DNA of 52,926 bases, taken from an uncultured Verrucomicrobiota bacterium. GTDB lineage: Bacteria; Verrucomicrobiota; Kiritimatiellia; CAIKKV01; CAITUY01. Below the pieces are notes generated by a model. That model was not told the DNA's origin, ran no database searches, and saw only the letters and a program-made list of their open reading frames with translations. The stretch lies in the NCBI GenBank assembly GCA_964609375.1, contig CAZSSA010000007.1, positions 1 through 52,926 on the forward strand, written 5' to 3'. Numbering within the stretch: the stretch's first letter is position 1; each line of letters starts with the position of its first letter. Shown in pieces: positions 46,719 to 52,926 of the stretch. A program made the position numbers and the translations under genes.

Positions 46719-47901
46719 CTTCCCCCCTCCCCCCCGCCATTCCCATCACCACCGCATGGACGAACATTAGCTCCGTATCACCAAAATTATATTCCACCAG
46801 GCCATTCAGAAATAACCCCGCCAGCATCAGCAGCACCACCGGCGCCACAACCCGCCCCAAGGCAGAGCCCTCACACGCCACCCTCGTCGCCCGCACCGCC
46901 TGAATCAGCCCGCACACCATCCACGCCAGATAAAGACCAAGCCCCGCCCACCCGGTCTCCACCAGAACCTGTGCCCAGTTTGCATGCAAATGATTCCGGT
47001 TTGACTCAATCCGCGGCCACACCTGCTTCATCATTTCATTCGTCAACCGCCCATAACCCACTCCCATCGGATGCTCACTCACCAATCGGGGCGCCACTTG
47101 CGTCCACATCGCCAATCGCCCGTCTGCCCTCGTGAATTCCTGGCCGAGCCCCCCCAACCGATGATGAACCGGCGGCAGCGCCACCACCCCAACCATCACG
47201 ACAGCCGCCACCAGCCACCCCCTCCATCGCAAATGCCCCGCCAACATCACACCAACCAATAACACCGCACAAAGCCAGGAACCGCGTTTGAAGTTAATCA
47301 ACAGCCCCGCCATGGGCACCACCAGCATCAACCAAAGCCAGCCCGGCACAGAACGCCCATTCCGCATAAACACCAGCACTATCGCTGTAGCCGATACCAC
47401 CCCCAGCATCAACATCTGGCCATCCGTCATGGAACCCTTGTCAACAAGCGCCGCCATAAAAGTCGGCAGGGGATCACGCGCGGCCCGTATCGGATGCATC
47501 ACCAGATCCTTGATGGCCAGTATCATCCCCCCGGCAAGAAATGCCCACACCATCTGCATGGCCCGTCGAGGCGTCTGCACCAATGAAAACGTCACCGGTA
47601 GCAACAGAAACCACATAAGCTTTCCCGTCCGCCCCCACAACCCTGCCCATCCCCCCATCCATAGCGAACCGGCAACCGCTACCCCGACAAACACAACTCC
47701 CAGCCAGACGAGTAACGGCATTCGCCACTTCACCTTGCCGCGAATCAGCGCCACCGCAAAACACAGGAAGCAAATCCCCGCCATCAGCTGTCCGAGAACA
47801 ATGGAAAACACAACCGAACCGACGGTGGCCAGCAACGCACCAAACGCCCATGACTCAACACCTTTACCACGCAAAGGATTGGATTGTTCACCGTCAGTCA
47901 T
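46711..47901 (-). CDS. O-antigen ligase-like (Wzy_C/WaaL family) membrane protein
   Basis: Polytopic, KRGSWL, R...W, GVGYG, HLHANWAQVLVETG. Start at ATG 47901; the track extension overlaps recJ. Confidence 0.88.
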   Translation of the reverse strand: MTDGEQSNPLRGKGVESWAFGALLATVGSVVFSIVLGQLMAGICFLCFAVALIRGKVKWRMPLLVWLGVVFVGVAVAGSLWMGGWAGLWGRTGKLMWFLLLPVTFSLVQTPRRAMQMVWAFLAGGMILAIKDLVMHPIRAARDPLPTFMAALVDKGSMTDGQMLMLGVVSATAIVLVFMRNGRSVPGWLWLMLVVPMAGLLINFKRGSWLCAVLLVGVMLAGHLRWRGWLVAAVVMVGVVALPPVHHRLGGLGQEFTRADGRLAMWTQVAPRLVSEHPMGVGYGRLTNEMMKQVWPRIESNRNHLHANWAQVLVETGWAGLGLYLAWMVCGLIQAVRATRVACEGSALGRVVAPVVLLMLAGLFLNGLVEYNFGDTELMFVHAVVMGMAGGRGEGC

Positions 47902-47912
47902 GAATCCACACC

Positions 47913-49622
47913 TTATTCCGCCGCGCGAAAATCCTGCAATTGCAACTGGAGCGTCGTCCGCCCTTGGAACGTATTCCGCCGGACGGTAAACGCCACATCC
48001 AGCGGCCCGCCTGGCACCTCGCGATCTCCCATGCCAAAACCAATCGTTTCGCAGGCGCGCCCTCCGGACACCACCGTCATCTTCAAATGACTCCCACCCA
48101 CCACCCGGGGCGCACCCTCCACCCGGACTTCCCTCATCCCCCACACCGGCTCGGGGTTCCCCTCCCCAAACGGAGCCATCCCCTCCAGTACTCTCAGAAA
48201 TTCCTTGTCCTGCACATCCCCCATCCCTACCCAACCCTCCATCGTCAGGGTCTTCCGCAGGTCGCGCCCACCCAGGGCCGTCGCACAGGCAGCACAAAAC
48301 GCCTCCTGGAACCCTTCAAAATGATCCCGGTGAACCTCCAGCCCGGCCGCCATCGCATGTCCACCATACTGCTTCAGCAAGGACTCGCAGGTCTTAAGCC
48401 CCTCCAACAGGTTAAACCCTTCAACACTCCGACAGGATCCGCGCCCCATTCCATCCTCATCGAACCCAACCACAATCGCCGGTCGTCCATACCGCCCCGA
48501 CAACTTGGAAGCCACAATCCCGATCACGCCAATGTGCCACCCCTCGTCACCAACAACAATGCCGTGATGCACCTCCGGATCAAACATCGCCTCAATCCGA
48601 CCTACCGCCTCATCCAGAATCTCTTTTTCAATCCGCTTGCGCTCACGGTTGCTCATCTCAAGTTCCGCCGCCAGACTCCTTGCACGCGATTCCTGCCGGG
48701 TCAATAACAACTCCAGCGCCGCATCCGCCGACCCCATCCGCCCCGCCGCATTCAGCCGCGGCCCCAGCACATACGCCACATGGTATGCCCCTAGCTCCCC
48801 GTTCGCCCCCGCCACCTCGCCCAACGCCTGCAGCCCCATCCGCTCACGACGATTGAGCTTCGCCAGTCCATGGCAGGCTAAAATTCGATTCTCCCCCATC
48901 AACGGCACCACGTCGGCAATGGTCCCCAAGGCCACCAAATCCAGATAATCCCGGAGATCGACCCCTTCCACTTCCGGACGCCCCGCATCGCGCCCTTGCT
49001 TGATCAATGCATGACACACCTTGAAGGCCACCCCCACCCCCGCCAGCATCCGCGCCTGAAGGTCCTCTCCCAACTTGGGGTTAACCACCGCCGCCGCTGA
49101 CGCCACCACACCCCCCGCCTCGTGATGATCAGTCACCACCACATCCACACCCGCTTCACCGGCCATCCGGATAGCATCCACCGACCCGGTTCCGCAATCG
49201 GTTGTCACAATCAACCCGGGATGGAACTGCTCCAGACATCGCTGCAATGCCTCCATTCCCAGCCCGTACCCCTCTTCCATCCGGCTTGGCAGATACGCCG
49301 AGACCTTGGCTCCCAACCGCTCCAACACCAATACCATCAGCGCGGCACTGGTAATGCCATCCACATCGTAATCGCCATAGACAACAATGGATTCCCCGCC
49401 TTGAATGGCAGCCCAAAGACGGTCAACCGCCGCCTGCATTCCGGGAAGGAGAAAGGGATCGGTCATGTCGCTCAACCGCGGCCGGAGGAAACGATCCAAG
49501 TCCGCCGCCGTTCGCACGCCACGCCCGGCAAGCATGCAGGCCAGAGGCGCCGGCAGACAAGAAAAAGGAGCCGGGGCGCCGCCCGGCTCCTGCCTGTTGT
49601 TCAATATCCGCCAGCGCTTCAC
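47913..49622 (-). CDS. recJ: ssDNA exonuclease RecJ
   Basis: YGDYDVDG, TDCG, TDHH, LGTIADVVPL, GPRLNAAGR, GGHAMAAG. Confidence 0.98.
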   Translation of the reverse strand: MKRWRILNNRQEPGGAPAPFSCLPAPLACMLAGRGVRTAADLDRFLRPRLSDMTDPFLLPGMQAAVDRLWAAIQGGESIVVYGDYDVDGITSAALMVLVLERLGAKVSAYLPSRMEEGYGLGMEALQRCLEQFHPGLIVTTDCGTGSVDAIRMAGEAGVDVVVTDHHEAGGVVASAAAVVNPKLGEDLQARMLAGVGVAFKVCHALIKQGRDAGRPEVEGVDLRDYLDLVALGTIADVVPLMGENRILACHGLAKLNRRERMGLQALGEVAGANGELGAYHVAYVLGPRLNAAGRMGSADAALELLLTRQESRARSLAAELEMSNRERKRIEKEILDEAVGRIEAMFDPEVHHGIVVGDEGWHIGVIGIVASKLSGRYGRPAIVVGFDEDGMGRGSCRSVEGFNLLEGLKTCESLLKQYGGHAMAAGLEVHRDHFEGFQEAFCAACATALGGRDLRKTLTMEGWVGMGDVQDKEFLRVLEGMAPFGEGNPEPVWGMREVRVEGAPRVVGGSHLKMTVVSGGRACETIGFGMGDREVPGGPLDVAFTVRRNTFQGRTTLQLQLQDFRAAE

Positions 49623-52156
49623 ACCGTGGGCTTCGTTGCGCCCATGTCAGGCGTCTTGAACTTGTACCACATCAACACTACAGGCGTCGCGATGTAGATC
49701 GTGGAATACGTTCCCGACACCATGCCGATGAACATGGCGATTGAGAAGTCGCGAATCCCGCCACCCCCGAAGATCAACAGGCACAAGACGGAGACAAACG
49801 TCAGAAAATTGGTCAACAACGTCCGCGACAGGGTCTCGTTCATGCTCTGGTTACAGATCGCCGTAAACGACTTCCCTCTCACCATCCGCAGGTCTTCACG
49901 GATCCGGTCAAAAATAACAATCGTGTCATTGACCGAATAACCGATGATCGTCATCACCGCCGCCATCACCGTCATGTTCAACTGGACGCCCAGCACATGA
50001 CACACACCCACCGTCACCAGCACGTCATGGAACAACGCCGCCACGGCACCCATGCCAAACCCGAGCTCGAACCGGTACCAGATGTAGATAATCAGGGCCA
50101 CCAGCGCCAACGCCATGGCATACATCGCCTTGGTCTTCAGCTCACTTCCAATCTGCGGCCCAACGTCATCCTGCTGCAGCAACTTGAAACCGGCTTCCGC
50201 GAACTTGGCATCAACCACCGTCTTGATGAGTGACCCTTGTGCCGAGTTGCCCGCCTTCACCACCAGCATTTCCCTCTTACTCTGCATATCCGTCTGGTAA
50301 AGCGGCGTGGCATCCTTGATGCCTTCCGCCTCAAACGCCGCACGCAAGGTATCCACATCCACCTTCTTTTCCAGCGAGAATGTCAACTGCGACCCACCGG
50401 TAAAGTCCACACCAAAGACTTTGGTCGAATCCTGCATGCCGTTCTTGATCATGATTCCCCATGTGATCGCAATCACCACCAGCGAAACACTCAGGGCCCC
50501 CTTCCACGGCTTCATGAAGTCAAAGTTTGTGGGCTTGATGAGGTTCATCATCTTCAACACCCCGAGCGAACTGGTTCGCGATCCGATCGCATTGAAACAC
50601 ATGCGGGAAACAAGCACCGCCGTGTACATGCTGACAATCAAGCCGGCGATCAGGGTCACCGAGTAACCTCGCACCGGCCCGGACCCGAAGATGAACAGGA
50701 TGACCGCCGTAATGATCGTCGTCAGGTTCGAATCGAAAATAGCCGTAAACGCACGCGAAAACCCGGCGTGTATCGTCGCCACCAACCCCTTGCCGATCCG
50801 CATTTCTTCGCGCATCCGCTCAAAAATCAGCACGTTGGCATCCACCGCCATACCGATCGACAGCGCAATACCGGCAATACCCGGCAACGTCAACACCGGC
50901 AACGCAATCGCTCCACCGGTCCGGGCATCCTTGGCAAACATGCCGAGAATCCCCGCCACCATCACCATGCCCAACGGCAACAACACCACGTTTAACACCA
51001 GGGCAAAGTTGGCAATAAGACCGCTGGCCAGATAATACAGCGCCATCAGGATCAGAATCGCCACGCATCCCATGATGCCGGCCGTGATCCCACTCTTGAC
51101 CGTGTCGGCGCCCAACGTCGGATCCACAATGCGCTGCTCGACAATCTTAACCGGCGCCGGCAACGATCCCGCCTTCAGGATGTTGGCCAGGAACATCCCC
51201 TCCTGCGGGGTAAAACTTCCGGTAATCTCGGCACTGCCACCGCGAATCGGTTCGCGAATGACCGGAGCCGAATACAGCGTCCCGTCCAACACAATCGCCA
51301 TCTGACGCCCCACATCAGAATTGGGATTACGGCTGCCCCGCGGCCCATAATCGGTGGTCACCATTTCAAACTTCCGGGCACCCTTCGAGTTGAACTCAAG
51401 CTTGACGGCAATCTGCCCAACAGCCCCGCTCTCCATCATCGCCTTCTTCAGCATGTCGCCGGTCAACTGGGCTCGTTTTTCAACAAAGTAAGGCGTGTAC
51501 AACTCCTCACCATTGATCTTCTCCTTTTCCAGCAGCATCTCATGCCCGGACGGCGCGTTGAACAACGCCATCTTCTTGCGGAAATCCTGATCCATGGCGG
51601 AATCAGGAACCGCCACCCTGTCCCTCTTGAAGTAATTCCGACTCACACCTTCGCCACTCGACGAGGTCAGTTTGAAGCCGGCCGGTACAAGCCCCCTGTC
51701 AAACATCTTGTCCACCAGGTCACGGTTCTTCTCATGCACCATCCGGAATTCAAGAAATGCAGCACTCATCAACGTATCGGCCGCTTCCTTGCGCTTCTTC
51801 TCTCCAACGCCGGGGAGTTGCACCACAATGCGGTTTCCCTTCTCAGGATAAATCACCGGCTCGGCAATACCCAACCCGTCGACACGGTTCCGAATAACCT
51901 CCAAGGCACGCTCCTGGGAATCACGCACACGGGCAGGCACCTTTTCCATGCGCTGATCGTCCGGCATCTCCTTGTATTCCTCACGGAGCTGATCCAACAC
52001 GGCCGCTTCATCGATCTGGAGCGTAAAACTCGTGCCGCCCCGGAGATCCAAGCCCAACCGGATTTTATCCTTTAACGGCAACACCATCGCCAGCGAACTG
52101 ACCACCAGCACAAACAAAACCAACCATTTCCAAAGCGCTTTCTTATCCATATCCAT
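49619..52156 (-). CDS. secDF: Fused protein translocase subunit SecDF
   Basis: LGLDLRGG, AIVLDG, AGSLPAP, GMAVDANVLIFER, GVDFTGG, GYSVNDTIVIFDRIRE, SGTYSTIYIA in one ORF. Confidence 0.97.
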   Translation of the reverse strand: MDMDKKALWKWLVLFVLVVSSLAMVLPLKDKIRLGLDLRGGTSFTLQIDEAAVLDQLREEYKEMPDDQRMEKVPARVRDSQERALEVIRNRVDGLGIAEPVIYPEKGNRIVVQLPGVGEKKRKEAADTLMSAAFLEFRMVHEKNRDLVDKMFDRGLVPAGFKLTSSSGEGVSRNYFKRDRVAVPDSAMDQDFRKKMALFNAPSGHEMLLEKEKINGEELYTPYFVEKRAQLTGDMLKKAMMESGAVGQIAVKLEFNSKGARKFEMVTTDYGPRGSRNPNSDVGRQMAIVLDGTLYSAPVIREPIRGGSAEITGSFTPQEGMFLANILKAGSLPAPVKIVEQRIVDPTLGADTVKSGITAGIMGCVAILILMALYYLASGLIANFALVLNVVLLPLGMVMVAGILGMFAKDARTGGAIALPVLTLPGIAGIALSIGMAVDANVLIFERMREEMRIGKGLVATIHAGFSRAFTAIFDSNLTTIITAVILFIFGSGPVRGYSVTLIAGLIVSMYTAVLVSRMCFNAIGSRTSSLGVLKMMNLIKPTNFDFMKPWKGALSVSLVVIAITWGIMIKNGMQDSTKVFGVDFTGGSQLTFSLEKKVDVDTLRAAFEAEGIKDATPLYQTDMQSKREMLVVKAGNSAQGSLIKTVVDAKFAEAGFKLLQQDDVGPQIGSELKTKAMYAMALALVALIIYIWYRFELGFGMGAVAALFHDVLVTVGVCHVLGVQLNMTVMAAVMTIIGYSVNDTIVIFDRIREDLRMVRGKSFTAICNQSMNETLSRTLLTNFLTFVSVLCLLIFGGGGIRDFSIAMFIGMVSGTYSTIYIATPVVLMWYKFKTPDMGATKPTV

Positions 52157-52249
52157 ATCGCCTCACGCTCCTATTCTTCAACCCGTCACTTCATCTGAAC
52201 CGCTTCCCCTCGCCATCCGCAGCGCGACCCGGCCGCGCCCATCAATGGC

Positions 52250-52606
52250 TCAGGCCTGCTTTTCCAGCTCTCCAATATCCTCATCCTTCTGGATCACGCG
52301 CAATACCGACCCGCGCACAATATCCACCTTCACAGCATCAGCCAGCTTCACGGTGAATATCTGTTCCTTCACCGTCACCACCGTGCCAATCATCCCCCCG
52401 CAGAAAATAACCCGGTCTCCCGCCTTGATTTCCGAAATAAGCTTCTTCCGCTCTTTTTCCCGCTTCATCTGCGGACGGATCATCATAAAATAGAATAAGG
52501 CGAAAATAATGACCATATATCCGATCATCACCATGCCGCCACCCTGCTGTTGACCCTGCCCCGCCGGGGGACTCATCATTCCGATTGTCATCATCATCGC
52601 TGTCAT
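52250..52606 (-). CDS. yajC: Preprotein translocase subunit YajC
   Basis: FYFMMIRPQMKREK, GDRVI..GGMIG; tgt-yajC-secDF synteny. Confidence 0.96.
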   Translation of the reverse strand: MTAMMMTIGMMSPPAGQGQQQGGGMVMIGYMVIIFALFYFMMIRPQMKREKERKKLISEIKAGDRVIFCGGMIGTVVTVKEQIFTVKLADAVKVDIVRGSVLRVIQKDEDIGELEKQA

Positions 52607-52926
52607 GCCTGCTCCTTGTTCTGTTCGTAAAACGACTTCCTGAATTCCTCAAAAACACCCTGCTCAATCGCCCGCTGGATCTCGCGCATAAACTCCATAT
52701 ACCGGTGGATGTTGTGTATCGTCAACAACCGTACCCCGAGGACCTCACCCACATTCATCAGGTGCCGTACATACGCACGGCTGAACCGGGAACAACAATA
52801 ACAACTGCACCCCTCCTCGACCGGGCGCAAGTCCTCCTTGTATTCCCCCGCCTTGACCGGGTATTTCCCTCCCCTCGTCAACGCCGTCCCATGCCGCGCA
52901 TACCGCGTGGGCATGACACAATCAAA
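52603..52926 (-). CDS. tgt: tRNA-guanine transglycosylase, C-terminal part (gene starts beyond the window)
   Basis: Frame continues to the window edge as FDCVMPTR; zinc ligands CSCYCC and HN. Confidence 0.95.
   Translation of the reverse strand, partial: FDCVMPTRYARHGTALTRGGKYPVKAGEYKEDLRPVEEGCSCYCCSRFSRAYVRHLMNVGEVLGVRLLTIHNIHRYMEFMREIQRAIEQGVFEEFRKSFYEQNKEQA

Noticed and set aside
47902-48297. 132-aa N-terminal extension of the O-antigen ligase ORF; likewise the 67-aa extension of the 15408 ORF
   Set aside because: Both overlap upstream conserved genes (recJ, yggS) in another frame and are low-complexity; internal ATGs fit operon spacing.
1-52926. Mobile elements, prophage or defence systems
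   Set aside because: No transposase, integrase, phage structural, toxin-antitoxin, restriction or cas-like ORF recognised.

Overview
Core-chromosome segment of a high-GC diderm bacterium. Gene order (LysM lipoprotein between murD and ftsW; lptB-hpf-hprK-ptsH-ptsI; fused secDF) suggests the PVC superphylum, e.g. Kiritimatiellota/Lentisphaerae/Verrucomicrobia-like; this is inference. Almost all genes are on the minus strand. Contents in window order: tRNA-Arg(UCG); a ~19 kb same-strand run (dnaX-ybaB-recR-yggS-hypothetical-hldE-kdsB-kdsA-lptC-lptA-lptB-hpf-hprK-ptsH-ptsI-metK-fabZ-lpxA-gspD-gspE-gspF); SRP RNA; an orphan lipoprotein; larB-larC; nadK and tlyA; a REC/pseudo-REC protein; a dcw cluster ending at ftsW; an orphan PAS-PAS kinase; a GT-C-like membrane protein; a TolC/MacAB-type exporter; a stand-alone DRE-TIM enzyme; tadA; and tgt(partial)-yajC-secDF-recJ-O-antigen ligase-like. 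I found no transposase, integrase, phage gene or CRISPR array. The main structure not explained by genes is a set of short degenerate 7-9 nt tandem arrays confined to gene junctions. Also notable: a direct-repeat-flanked orphan lipoprotein, candidate structured leaders before metK and rsmH, and a T2SS core coupled to lpxA. No clearly novel system can be proven from sequence alone. Where I moved a start codon relative to the ORF track, this is stated.
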